Shown piece by piece: positions 35,364 to 47,884 of a DNA stretch of 64,000 nucleotides. The notes beneath the pieces were generated by a model. The model did not search any database. It had not been told where the DNA came from and worked only from the letters and a program-made list of their open reading frames with translations. Origin of the DNA: Gekko japonicus (lineage: Eukaryota); NCBI RefSeq assembly GCF_001447785.1, contig NW_015174861.1, forward strand, positions 548,136-612,135, read 5' to 3'. Position numbers and translations under genes: made by a program. Position 1 is the stretch's first letter; the number at the start of each line of letters is the position of its first letter.

Positions 35364-36476
35364 TCCAGTCAAGTGATACCATCCTACCACATCTACTCTG
35401 TGGGAAATGGGCCAGTGGGTGAGTCTGGGGGCCACCATCATTTCCCAACCAAAGAGAAGCCCAAAGGAAATTTGAACACAGCCAAACTCATAGACTCACC
35501 TAGCTTCACTGGAGCTGGGTAGCAGACCAGAGAGCTTTTAAGCCACTCACTCCTGTGTGCACTACTGTGGAGCCAGAGACCTTCCATCTCTTCTGGGACT
35601 ACAGCATTCTAGCATGCTACAAAGCCTGAGTAAATGGGATCCAACCTGCAGCATTGCCAGAGCCTGCACCTCTCCCCACAGCCCCTTAGTGCCCTGTATG
35701 GTTGTATCTTGTGTGGTTGTATCTTGCCAATCAAGTGACCTTCACTCTAACTATTCCCTGTGCCCACCCGCACTTGAAACCCTCCATGTTTCCCATAATC
35801 TTTAACAACCTATTCAGTCTCCTCCAGGTCCACTATTTCTTCTGTTCCCTGTATTCTGTCCTAGCCCCTCTCCATTCTCTCCACTTTTGAAGACTCATCT
35901 TTCATATTTAGTGCTGGCATAGACAGAATGGAATCAGTGACAATAAAGTATTACACACTTTTAAAAAAAAAGGGGGAAATGGGCCAGGGGATTGGTAGGT
36001 GGTAGTGGATGATGGTGTCTTATAGAAGGACTGTGCCATAGCTTCCCACAGTGCAAAGTATTTGTTAGCCCTATTTATTTTATTGCTTATATATCACCTT
36101 AGCCATGTTTTTTCCAGGCAAATAAAACTGTTATACTGGTAGTTTTCTTATATGATTACATTCAGCAGTGATGACATTTAAATACTCCAAGCTGTGGCAG
36201 TGGGCATCCAATGAAACAATTCACTGTAGCAGCAAGATATTGAAAATAAACACATTACTGGGCAGCAGTTTAAGAAAAAACAGAAGCAGTTCAGCAAACA
36301 AGCAAAGCCAGCCATAAAAAAGAAAGAAGGAGAAAGCAAAGACTTAAAACACTGGATGCCAGGGAAAAGAGAAACTCTTTTACCTGGTGTCTAAAACTGA
36401 AGATGCCAAGCAAAGAGACGTGGAGGGAGTGCCACAGACATGTGCCACTACAGAGAAGGCCCTGGCAACATAGATG

Positions 36477-36845
36477 TTTTGTAGAAAAAGCCCAGCAGGA
36501 ACTCATTAGCATAATAGGCCATACCCAACAGTAGGAACTCATTAGCATATTAGGCCACACCCTAACAGCACAGCTCATTTGCCTATTAGGCAACACCCCC
36601 ATGCTACCAGAAGTGTGGTCATCCAGCCACACCCACCTATTGCTTCTTATTCTGTTTACCTTGTTTGTTGTCAAAACCCAGGGCGTTTTTGCATGTTAGG
36701 CCACACACCCCTAATTGTAGCCAATCCGAATGAGTCTCTGCTGTTGAGTGTGGCCTATTATGCTAATGAGTTCCTGCTAGGCATGGCCAGCTTGGGAGCC
36801 AGCCGGAACTCCGTTCCTGTGCGTTCCTGCCCAAAAATAGCCCTG
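36477..36845. mobile_element. hAT MITE, same family as 22124-22526 (left TIR lost)
   Basis: ttttgtagaaaaagcccagcaggaactcattagcata...gttcctgtgcgttcctgcccaaaaatagccctg. Confidence 0.8.
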
Positions 36846-37470
36846 GATGTTAACAACTTCATCTTAAGAACACTGGAATAAATTTTCCACTAACAGAAGG
36901 GGTTCCCCCCAGTTCCCTCTTCCTTCTGCAGGCCCCCAATTTGCCTCTCCTCCTGCTCTTAAGGGTCATCTGTCCACCAGGAGCCACATTTGGGGGAGAT
37001 CAGTGGAATGCAGCAGGAGGAGGGGAGGCAGGAATGCTCTGTTCCAAGAAGCACCTTGTGTGAGCAGAAAATTGAGCCTGGATGCAGCCCTCTTCTTCTG
37101 ACAGTACAGTGAGAGTAGCTAGTGCAGCAAAAGACCTGCCTTCTTCCTCCTGCCAAGGACACTGAACACTTCAGGAGTCGTTTCTGAAGGGGAAGTGCCA
37201 CCCACTTTTTGCTGTTTTGCTATGCCCAGTATGTATAATATGAGGGGAGAATATAGAGGAGGGTGGGCCTGTCTGTATTCCTCACAGTTCATTCTCAAGA
37301 GTTGTTCTTTTTCGATAAGCCTCGTACACTTTGTGAGCCATGTGAAAGTAAAAGGAATGAGCAAGAGGCTCAGTGTTGCTGGGATTGGGGGGCCATGCTG
37401 GTAGTTCTACATCTTCTCTGGGAGAAAAAGAACCTATGAATTAGCTATTCAGTCTTAAGAGAAAGTGCTA

Positions 37471-38103
37471 GATTCAAGTCCAGTAGCACCTTAGAGACCA
37501 ACAAGATTTTCGGGGTATAAGGTTTTGAGAGTCAGAGCTCCCCGCATCAGAAACTATTCCTCTTCTAATGTCATTTATGACATCAAATGTCAGCAGTTCC
37601 CTTCCACTCTCTACATCGGACAGACAGCTCAGTCCTTACACAAAAGAGCAAATGGACATACAACCAACATTAAAAACCACAACATTCAAAAACCAATGGG
37701 AGAACATTTTAATCTTCCAGGACATTCCATTGCTGACCCAAGAGTGGCAGTCCTCTAAAAAAGAAGCTTCAAGGGGAGATTACAATGTGAGATTGCTGAA
37801 TTTGAGTTCATTCACAAGTTCAGAACAGTGGACCCCTAGGGCTGAATAGGGACATAAGGTTTTTATCTTACTACAGATGCTAATTTTCTGTGCCCCGCCA
37901 TTTCCCCTCTAATCAAGCTGATTACAATGTGTATTGTACGTCTGCATTCTGAGTTCCTTCTTTGCAACATTCCTCCCACCTTCTGATTGGGATATAAGGA
38001 CTCAAAGATCTCCCTTCCCATTTGTATTTGCTAAACCTTTGACTTTCGAAAGGTTATACCCCCAAAATCTTGTTGCTCTCTAAGGTGCTTCTGGACTTGA
38101 ATC
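37471..38103 (+). mobile_element. Truncated Penelope-like element: GIY-YIG endonuclease remnant between inverted terminal repeats
   Basis: SSNVIYDIKCQQFPSTLYIGQTAQSLHKRANGH...KPMGEHFNLPGHS; termini gattcaagtccagtagcaccttagaga / tctctaaggtgcttctggacttgaatc. Confidence 0.9.
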
Positions 38104-38261
38104 CTCTGAAACCATGTCTTCTTTTTAAAAAGGTTGATTTCATAGGGATTATTTAATACTTGGGATTTTCTTTTGCTGACCTTGGAAGGGCAGGTGGTTA
38201 CTGTAATTGTTACTCTCTCTGAAGATCATAACTATCATTTTTATGTCTTTAACACTCCCAG

Positions 38262-38341
38262 AGGACATGTGGAAATGTTACATCACTTTTTGCTTGGAGA
38301 GATTAAACCGGAAGACCAATTGCGAAGAGTTAAGGCAGAAG
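38262..38341 (+). CDS. UTP6: UTP6 exon 12
   Basis: cccag|(E)DMWKCYITFCLERLNRKTNCEELRQK|gtaaat. Confidence 0.96.
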
Positions 38342-39231
38342 GTAAATTTCTTACCTTCAGAATAATAAGCACATTCTTCTGTTACTGGTTTCTCTTAACT
38401 ACTTTTGGAGAAATGTTGTTGGAAACCCCTCAGTTTGAGGCAGAAATGCAGCTTGCAAGCCTGGAAGCACTTGCTACCTTAAATGCTATATATTACTGCT
38501 AAGCTTCTATCAGTTTCTACTGGTGGGCCCCACTGTAAAACAGAAAAGGGTCCTTTGTACCACAGGTTCATGATTCTTTCAATCTGATTATTTTGATGGA
38601 TGATTCTTTATTCCTGTAAATATCTATAATCTTATTAGTGCACATCTTTAGCCTGCCCTTCATCATTCCAGTTACTTCATTTTTTTAGAAGTTATTTTTG
38701 GAAGATCAGATTGGCTCTGGATGCCCTGGCTGGACTTTTCAAATGGCTGCTTCCCTTTACAGTCATTGATGAAAAGCTCCATATGACATCAGGGCTCTTA
38801 GTGGATAGTGATGGGCAGGTATCTATACAAACAGGATTTGCAAGCATTTATAAACAGCTTTAGTGCGGTTCGAAGTGATGATGTCAGAGAGATGCTGTCT
38901 TTTAAACTGTCTTGAGCGTCTTCTGTGGAAGTGCCTAGAACCTTCTGTCAGATACCGCTTCCAACCTTTTAAGGGGCTAGCTCTAAAATCCTGAAATCTA
39001 GAACATGCTTGGGACCTTACAGGAATTGGATGAATGACCTGAACTTTAAAGTACCAGTTCAGTTCTGCAGTTTATAGTGCACTTTTTAGGTACAGTACCT
39101 CTTTAAAGTCACATTGGTTGTTGGGTGATTTACAGGAGGTTTCCTCTCTCAAAAGTTCCATTTTGTTTTCATGGTATCTAGTTTACACAGAAGTAAAAAT
39201 TACATTTCTTCTCCCTGTCTTCTTGTTGTAG

Positions 39232-39309
39232 AGGCTGGAAAGGACATTAGGCACCTTCAATCAAGCTCACGAGTCACAGTTGCTACCAGCTTCATTGTAT
39301 AAACAATGG
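39232..39309 (+). CDS. UTP6: UTP6 exon 13
   Basis: ttgtag|RLERTLGTFNQAHESQLLPASLYKQW|gtaagg. Confidence 0.96.
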
Positions 39310-39456
39310 GTAAGGATGCTTGCAGTTCTGAGGGGGCCGCCTCACACTTTGCAGTTTCAAAAGTTACTGCCTCACATCAAACAGGAAGGCCAGAGGTGAA
39401 TCTTGTAAGGCTGCTTCTAAATGCTGACATTTTACCTTCAAATTACTCCTCTTCAG

Positions 39457-39636
39457 CTTCAGGTCTTACTGGAGCTTGACCTCCAAGAGAAGGCCGAAGA
39501 GGTGGCAGCGGCAGCCACCAAGCAATTCAGCCACTTGGTAGAAATGTGGGAAATGAGACTGCAGCTGCTAATCAAGCAGAGCAGTGATGGTCTGGCCTCT
39601 TGTTTCCAGGAAGCCTTTCGGGCAGTTAAAGATAAG
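39457..39636 (+). CDS. UTP6: UTP6 exon 14
   Basis: cttcag|LQVLLELDLQEKAEEVA...SCFQEAFRAVKDK|gtgagt. A second in-frame cttcag acceptor lies 6 nt downstream. Confidence 0.93.
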
Positions 39637-39945
39637 GTGAGTGACTGGCCTCTTGTAATGGTGGCATCTGAAGAGGTGTTGGTCAGAAGCCTCAGTGTGC
39701 ATGTGTGGACTGAAAGCTTGAGGGCAGCTTTTAAAATTTGCCGCACCTAGGGTGAGTAGCAGTTGATTATGGGGACACACCTCAAAGCTACTGCCGTTGT
39801 GCACCTTCCACTCTGTGCTCTTAATCCTTAAAGGCTGAGATACTAATCCACGCAGTTATGATAGCAACACTGTTTCCTGCTTGGACTTGTGTAGGCTTGG
39901 AGTCCCTCCAGATTCCTGATGTTTCATACAAGATTTGTATATTCT

Positions 39946-40227
39946 AGTAAAAAACAATCTATTTTACTTTGACAATTAAGGTTGGATGGACATTTAGATT
40001 AAATTTAAACATACATAAATAAACAGATAAAAAGATACGTTACCTGAAAGAATTATGTTGTTAAAGAATTGGAAAAGGAGAAAAAAATTAAGAATGTAAT
40101 AGAGGTTTGAGCACTGTGGGAAGTCAGAGGGGGGGGGAGATATTTGGATAAAAGGATATGAAAAGTTTGTTATATGACGTATAATTTTACTTATTACTAT
40201 ATCCTAATAAAATTGTTTTTTAAAAAA
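39946..40227 (+). mobile_element. 5'-truncated L1-type 3' end with TSD
   Basis: G-run, AATAAA at 40206-40211, A-tail; 13-bp TSD ATTTGTATATTCT at 39933-39945 and 40228-40240. Confidence 0.75.
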
Positions 40228-40776
40228 ATTTGTATATTCTGCGGGATGAAGGATTCCCTGACTGGCTTAACTCCCTTCAAGAGAAGGGAGGCTCATTAAT
40301 TGTCCGTGATATCCTATTCTTCAGCCCTGCTCTGGGCTTCCTGTTAGCTTGAAAATCTGCTACACAGTTGGTCCATAGTTGCTTTGCATATGATAACACG
40401 GAAGACTCCAGTACTGTTCATAGCGTGTGTGTTGTGAGTTCCAACAATCTGCGGCCCACATCATGTGGGGAGGGAGACTGTGCACTGTCCCTGTCCCTGT
40501 GCCTCCATGCAATTGCTGAGTCATTTGTACCACGTGAATGTGCTGCGGCAGTGCCTACAGGTACACTGCCTCTCCTTGAGTGGTGACATTGCCTTGCTGA
40601 TCATAGGGAAGGGGATATGTGCACGGGCACTTCCTCCAGGCATTCACACCATGCAGACCACTTGGCAGGTGTGCAGGATGCAGCCAGCCACTTGTGCCTA
40701 GTCTCCTTTCCCATGCAGTGAGTTGACGGTGCATCTGCACAGGGCTAGTATGTTTTTGGCCTCCTGTGTCACTGTG

Positions 40777-40907
40777 ATGGTTAGACAGTGTTATTGATGC
40801 AACGAACATGAAATTAAGCAAACTCCGGAGCATGACGGAAGACAGCAGGGCCTGGCATGATGTGGTCCATGGGGTCGCGAAGAGTCTGACTTGACTGTGC
40901 GACTGAA
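40777..40907 (+). mobile_element. BovB 3' end fragment
   Basis: Homologous to 16706-16822; 13-bp TSD CTGTGTCACTGTG at 40764-40776 and 40908-40920. Confidence 0.88.
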
Positions 40908-41481
40908 CTGTGTCACTGTGTTTGGTTTTCCTCCCCAAAATACTATTGACTCCAGACTGCATCTAAAAAAGTTTTTTTTTAGACTGCATCTAAAAAAGTT
41001 TTTGGACCAGGAGAGGAAGGTATACAACTGAATTACCATTCAAGACACGTGTACCTGACCAGGGCAGCAGGTTATTTAAAACGAGGCCTCTGAATTGTAT
41101 CTCTGCCTTAGGTCACAGATATTGATTATAAAACAATTTTAAGATGGTCTAAAGCCACTGTGAAACAACACTGTTTGACCACTGAAGAAGGCCAGCTGGC
41201 CAAAACATGTTTGGTCAGGGTCAAAAATGGTCTATGTTTGAAATAATTGTATGATTTTATTCTGACTTGAAGCTACTATTTGGGCCTACCTTTGTTTTTA
41301 TCTAATTTGTAATAAATACATGCATTTAAAAAATTTATTTGGTAATACTTATGTTTTAAGTTTAGATCCAGAACTATTGGGTGCTCACATTCTGACACTT
41401 TAACCTTTAAACTCTTAATTCAATTCTTTTTGGGTTAAGTTCTCCCCCCTTGTGTCTTTTGTTGGTTTTTCTCCTCCACAG

Positions 41482-41562
41482 GACAGCTTGCCATTATGGA
41501 TTTTATGGGTTGAATGGAGTGAGACAGTGAATAGCAAGGCTGAAACTGAAGCTCTGTATCAG
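41482..41562 (+). CDS. UTP6: UTP6 exon 15
   Basis: ccacag|DSLPLWILWVEWSETVNSKAETEALYQ|gtattg. Confidence 0.96.
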
Positions 41563-41579
41563 GTATTGTGCATCAACAG

Positions 41580-41775
41580 GAGCCTTGTGGTTCCAGAAAG
41601 AACAACACATTTTATTCCAGCATAAGGTTTTGTGGACCAGAGCTCAGTGCACTGAATAAATAAACTCTAGCCCACAAAAGCTTGGGCTGGAATAAAATGT
41701 TATTGATCTTTAAGATGCCACAAGACTCCACTTCTATTTTTACCGCAACAGACTAACATGGATACTCCTTTGGAA
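41580..41775. mobile_element. Penelope-derived fold-back fragment
   Basis: Inverted arms acattttattccagc / gctggaataaaatgt; ends taagatgccacaagactc...cagactaacatggatac. Confidence 0.65.
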
Positions 41776-42084
41776 GTATTGTGCATAGAAACCATTTATT
41801 AAAAATATTGAATGGCAAAAAAAAAAAATCATGATGCTGGGAATGACATCTATTTTTAAAAAATGAATTTTAGACCTATCGTTGAGATAGTGGCCTTGGA
41901 GACAGCTAATTGTTGGGCCAAGTCTGTGATGGTGCAATATAGAGGACCTGTAGACAAATAGAGCTTACAAAAAAGGAAATTTTTCTTGCTGAAGATTTTG
42001 AGTTTGAAAAGGGGGGTGGTTTAAGGAAGGGAAGGAAGAAAAAGATAGGGGAAGATTTTTGGGTCACAGTAAAAGGCATTTGCA

Positions 42085-42343
42085 AGAGAAGGAGAAGAAG
42101 AGGAGTTGGTTTTATACCCCGCTCTTCACTACCTGAAGGAGTCTTGGAGCAACTGACACGCTTCTTCCCTTCCTCCCCTCCCCCCGACAGACACCATGTG
42201 AGGTAGGTGGGGCTGAGAGAGCTCTGAGAGAACTGTGACTGACCCAAAGTCACCCAGCTGGCTGCATGTGGAGGAGTGGGGAATCAAACCCAGTTCTTCA
42301 GATTAGAGTCCGCTGCTCTGTACCACTACACCAACCTGGCTCT
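42085..42343 (-). mobile_element. Squam3-like SINE
   Basis: Reverse complement of the 31232 family. Confidence 0.9.
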
Positions 42344-42918
42344 CTTGATGATATTAATACACAAAGTCTCCAGCTACATATGTGAGGATTGTACTTGTGA
42401 ATCAATAAAGTACAAAACTGGTAGATAGTTAAGACAAAACTGAATGCATGTCGCTGTGCTATAGAATCAGATTTTTATCCTATGCAAACACAGTGAATAC
42501 CTTGTGCATGCCCTGATAATACTAAATTGCTGAGAACTCAATGGGAGGCCAGTCAGCCAACCCATTGCATTTACGATTTTATGAGTGTTCAGTTCCCTAA
42601 TAAGCATACAAATTAAATAAAGACCCCTGTTTGTTCAGTACCGACAAGTCATTTGTAAATTCATACCCCTTGAATATTAACTGTTGAAATTACTATTGCA
42701 GAAGGTATGAAGATGGTATGTCCAAATGTGTATGTTCTTTAAATACGCCCCTAAAATCAAAAGGCAAGTTGACTGGTCTCCCATTGCGTCTTCAGTGATT
42801 TAGCAGCAACAGTATCCTGTATACACACACTGTGTGACTTTTACTTACAAAGGATAAAGATTCTGGTTTCGTAATTGATCTGTGATGTGACACTGTTTTT
42901 TTAATATATTTTTATATT

Positions 42919-43143
42919 GAGAGCTAGCATGGTATAGCAATTAAGATCAACAAACTCTAATATGAAGAAGCAAGTTTGATTCCCCACTTCTCCACATGAA
43001 GCCTGCTGTGTGGCCTTGGGCCAGTCAGCCCCACCTACCTCACAAGGTGCCTGTTGTGGGGAGAGGAAGGGAAGGTGATCTTATGCTGCTTTGAGACTCC
43101 TTAAGGTACAGAAAAGCAGGGTATAAAAACCAACTCTTCTTCT
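42919..43143 (+). mobile_element. Squam3-like SINE
   Basis: gtttgattccccac...ccccacctacctcacaagg...ggtataaaaaccaactcttcttct. Confidence 0.88.
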
Positions 43144-43847
43144 TATATGCTTTTTTGTACTTGGAATCTGTTTGTGAGTTGGGAGATTCAGCTGTGCATG
43201 AGTACATTTATGCTGCTATTTTTTAGTGTACTTTTGGGTCCATTGCCATCCCTCCTCCATAGTAGTTTCCTTTGCGGGTGGTGACAGTAGCAGATGAACT
43301 GTCACTGCACTGCTGCGTCGTATGGAAGGTTCCATGGGAGCAGACTTGGATTCCTTGAAGCCTTAAACTTAAATACGCATCCTTTTTCTCTCCTGCTTGT
43401 TCCTTATTTTGCATGTGCTCCTTATCTTCAACTCTGGAGCACTCCTTCGTGCATGTAGGCCAAATAAGAACGTTTCTAACCAGTGCAAGAGAAGAATGAG
43501 TCTTGGGCTTGTGCAGGACATCAGCAAGTCTGACTCTTCTTCCATCCTATTCTCTCCAGGTAGCATATGATGTGGCACAATATTTTTGCATAGGGGCAAG
43601 GGCTTGCACACAGCACACAGAAACCCAAGAACATTTTCCCTTCTTGTACCAGATAGACAAGTGTTCATCTACCTGTCAAGTCCCTGTTTTAGGAAAAGGT
43701 GATAGCAAGACATCATTGGAGAACATTGTTTCAAAAGTTGTATTCTCTGTGTATTAAAGATCACTTATTTGTTACAGACTTAGCATATTTATGTAACAGA
43801 AGCCGTGGTTGGTTTTTCTAAATAAAAGTTTACGTTTAACTTGGCAG

Positions 43848-43957
43848 AAATCCTTACTTGCCACAGTCCCAGCTGACTCTGTAATGATGAAACAAAAGTA
43901 CCTTGAATGGGCTTATAGGACAGGTGGCTATAAGAAAGCCAGAAAAGTCTTTACCAG
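43848..43957 (+). CDS. UTP6: UTP6 exon 16
   Basis: ggcag|KSLLATVPADSVMMKQKYLEWAYRTGGYKKARKVFT|gttagt. Confidence 0.96.
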
Positions 43958-44060
43958 GTTAGTGAACTTCATTTTTGGAACAAACACCAGAATTATTAAC
44001 ACACACACACACAAAAGCCCCATTGTTAAGCTACATTCACATGCCTGCTTTCTGTTCTAG

Positions 44061-44127
44061 CTTGCATGAAAGCCGGCCATTTTCACTTGAGTTCTTCAAG
44101 AAGATGATTGAGATAGAAAAGGAGCAA
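44061..44127 (+). CDS. UTP6: UTP6 exon 17
   Basis: ttctag|(S)LHESRPFSLEFFKKMIEIEKEQ|gtaagt. Confidence 0.97.
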
Positions 44128-44991
44128 GTAAGTGTTAAGCGTATCTCAGGGCTGACTTATTTTAGGTTGTGTGTTAATGTCTTTAGAGGTATGTACAGAT
44201 GCAAACTTTGTAGAGAGCTGGGTGGATGTGGGGGAACTCCATTGGGCATGATGGAAATAGTAGAGATGGAAACTTGGGGGAGGAAATTGGCAAGGGAGAA
44301 AGCACAGAGGGGTTGGAGAGGCCTGGAGGGCTACAAGATGGGGGAAGGAAGGAAGATGGGGGAAGGAAAAGAGTTACATGGCCAGGGGCCGAAAACTCCT
44401 CATGACTTACTGCCCAAAACGTGCCACGGCCATTTCTGTCTACCTTACCCTCAGGCAGCTGATTCTGTGAACAGAAGTGAAATAAGGCTGCATAGATCTA
44501 ACAAGGTCTTCATTGATTGGTAGTACAGTCCTCAGCTAAGTGACATCCTTCTAAACCCATTAAGTTAAACATGCCATTCCAGTTGTATTATTGCTGTGAT
44601 GCATTGATAGTGCAATACCCAGCCAATGTCCAGATGTAACCCCAGGCTTTCAATTGAGTTTCATCCCCTTGTGCAGTTTTCTCCCCAGTTTTGTTCTGCT
44701 TGATTTTATGCTGCTGTTTTAAAATTGTTTTCTATTACTGCCATTTTAGTTTTATTCAACCACTTAATTGCAAGGTATTTTGATTTAAAATAGTATATAT
44801 ATTTTTATTTTAGCTGCCTCCAGCAGATTCTGGAGAGTACAATATACAAATCTTTCAAATATTTGTTTGCCTAGATTTGCATTAGATAAACAATAGTTCT
44901 TAAAGGTGGTGAGGGGGAAAGGGGATCATGCATTTTTTAGATGTTGCTTATATGCACTGTAGCAAGTATTATCCTGGAGGCATAGGGCAAA

Positions 44992-45574
44992 TGTATGGCC
45001 AGGGTCCAGCTTACCTAAGAGATCGTCTTTCCCCATATATTCCCTCAAGGGCACTACGGTCGGGGAGTCAACATCTCCTGTTTATTCCAGGCCCCAGGGA
45101 CATCAAATTTGCTGCTACTAGGGCCAGGGCTTTCTCAGTGGCAGCTCCTACCTGGTGGAATGAGCTCCCAGAGGAGATCCGGGCCCTGTGGGACCTTTCG
45201 CAGTTCCGCAGGGCCTGTAAGACGGAGCTCTTCTGCCAGGCTTTTGAGTAGGAGCCGCCGCCACTACTATTCCACCTTCGTTATTTCTACATCATCGCAC
45301 CCCCCACCACCATCCATGTGGGTACCATCGGGGTGCGAGATGACCCTGGATTGAGAAGGGATGACAGTGCTACTGGAACATACATTGGTTTGGAATTAAC
45401 TCCATCTTGGGATAAATGATTGATGTGATATCTAGAGCACCAATATTTTATTCAATTGTATTATATTGTTTTATATTGTTTTTATCTGTTTTAATGTTGG
45501 CATTCATGCCATCTTGTTAGCTGCCCTGAGCCTTCAGGGAGGGTGCGGTATAAATCTAATAAATAAATAAATAA
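44992..45574 (+). mobile_element. L2 LINE 3' end with (ATAA)n tail
   Basis: GQGPAYLRDRLSPYIPSRALRS...TRARAFSVAAPTWWNELPEEIR...FRRACKTELF; tail aataaataaataaataaa. Confidence 0.88.
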
Positions 45575-45643
45575 AATTACTTGGCACAGCACATTCAGTA
45601 GCCGAATGCTAAGTATTTCTTGCTCCTTTTTTCCCTTTTGAAG

Positions 45644-45716
45644 GAATCTTGTAAAATGGTCAATATCCGAGAATATTATGAACGTGCCTTGCGAGAGTTT
45701 GGTGCCACAGAACCTG
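45644..45716 (+). CDS. UTP6: UTP6 exon 18
   Basis: ttgaag|ESCKMVNIREYYERALREFGATEP|gtaaga. Confidence 0.97.
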
Positions 45717-46167
45717 GTAAGAACTCTTTGTTTCAGTGGGGTTTAATCAGTAGTTGGTCTCCCTTTTTTTCCTTTCCCTGAATCTTGGCTAGAGATACTA
45801 ACTTTAAAATGCTTAGACATTCTATTGTGATGTTCTTTGAGGGATGCATTGGCCCAAATGACATCACATGTGTTTTAAAAACAAACAGATACACATGTTT
45901 AAAAATATATGATTGTATATGGAACAGAGATTAGCCAGGTAGATTGGTAGGCAATCCATCAAGCAAACCATCAGATTAAATCATCAGATTAAGCATCCCT
46001 GCTTAAGCCTGAGGCCTAATGTGGGGTTGGCTGTGAGACCGTGGCAGCCATCTCTATCTAAATAAGCAATTCAGTGTGCAAAAGTGGAAAGATGAGGTAT
46101 TTCACCATCAGGAGGGTGCTGGTAGCTATTGGTTTGTGAATTTAGCCCAATGGCTACACATTGGTGC

Positions 46168-47226
46168 TGTGATGGACCCCTGTTGCTTCCAAACTCCCAG
46201 GCAGATTTGTCCTGCCAAAATTGAGTTCCATTCTGTTTCTGAGCCGCCTCTCAGTAGTGTGTATTGCTTCTTTGTCATAAAAGACTTGACTGTCCCTCCC
46301 TTTGTCAAAGAGTTCGTTTGGCTTTGGACCCAGCACAGGAACTTGAGGGGAAAACAGGAGCCCTTTTGTCTTAAACCCTTTGAAATGGCATTGGAGACTG
46401 TATAACTTTCAAAATAGAATAAAAGATATTTATTTAACAGGCAGGGAATATATATAGGAGAAGTCAAGGTTTAGAAATACTGAGGTAAAAGTTATATTTT
46501 GTACTGGAACGAATACTTAAGACAAACAAATGTGTTGTAGCTTATTTTCAGAGATTTCTAGATCTTTTCAGTGAGAGGTATTTGCTTAGTATAATTCAGC
46601 AGTTTCAATATTAGTTCACAGAGTTTCCTGGAGATTTGCTGTTTCTTAGAGTATCTAACTTTCTCCCTTTCGAAATCACAGTTTCCCACTAATTCTGGAG
46701 GTGCCTAAAGCCACAGACCAGGTTTCTCCCCAGATCTCAACCCCTTTTTAATTGGCAGAAATTATTCTTCTTTTTCCTAAGAAGCAATAACCCTTTTCTG
46801 TTTGGCTTTATTGAGAGTTACAGCCTAACAACCCAGTCACCCTTGCCAAATCTCTCTTCCAGTACTGATGTCTGTGTAAAAGAGTTTTTTAGCTTTCTCG
46901 ACTTAGAATCACAATTCTTTCTCAGAGTAGCTTTTATTCAATTAGGGCAAAGGAGTCTCTTCTCTCAGAAGAAGAACCTGTCTGACTAATCCTGTCAGAA
47001 CCACTGACTCCAGCTGTCTCTCTGTCAGAAGCCAACTCACTGGCTTGCTGACTCCAGATGAAAAGCCTTTTTCCCTCCAGTACACAGTTGATCTTATACT
47101 TTCTCTCAGCTGATGCTGCAGCCTATCAAACAAGCTGTCCACTCCGGGGAAGGTTAGCTCTTTACCTCCCAGGCTCTCTGAACTAGCAGCATTTTAAAAC
47201 TTGCTTTTTAGGTGTAATCCATCACA
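46168..47226 (-). mobile_element. Solo LTR-like element (1059 bp)
   Basis: TG...CA ends with a perfect 9-bp inverted repeat TGTGATGGA / TCCATCACA; flanks GGTGC / GCTGC (4 of 5 match, candidate TSD); minus-strand AATAAA at 46429-46434. Confidence 0.65.
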
Positions 47227-47744
47227 GCTGCCCACTGCGTTCTTCTGTTAGTGCTGCATCAACATACAATATTACAATACAGTTCGGTATTATGAGGAAC
47301 ACACACTGTAAACACTTTGTGCTCTCAGTCCCCCTAATAAATAAGTGAGGTTTGGTGATAGTGTTTGGTTAGCTTACGATATCAAAGTGAGAGATCTTAA
47401 TGGAGGGTGTGAGGTATTTAACAGCAACAATCTCCCTTTCTTCCTATTATTTTTTTGACCAAAATAATGTGGGGATAGCAGGTCAGCTTCAGGGAAGGGG
47501 GGAGGGAAAGAGAGCAAATTCTTTCATCTTTCTCATGGATAACTGTCCTTGTTCCAGTCAAGACAGTGTGTCACTGTGCAGCTTGTATCTTTCTCTTTCT
47601 TGAAACAAGGAATGATCAATGCAGAATGACTAGGGTGCAATTTCCTCTTAACTAAGGAATAAAAAAAATGAAGATGCCTCTTGTTTTGAATATCTGTTTA
47701 GCAATATCTGTTTTCACCCCCTTTTGTTTTTATTTTTGGTAGCC

Positions 47745-47884
47745 TCATTTAATGTTAATAGAAAGCAAATTTGCATATTTTTCAATAAAAACATGTGTGT
47801 AATATTTGTTCTTGTCTTGCGTCTCTCAAACATCTGATGTTTATTCTATGTGGCTCTTATGTTAAGCAAGTTTGGCCACCCCTG
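47745..47884. mobile_element. Partial copy of hAT MITE B
   Basis: Matches 4080-4220, including the TIR gtttggccacccctg. Confidence 0.8.
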
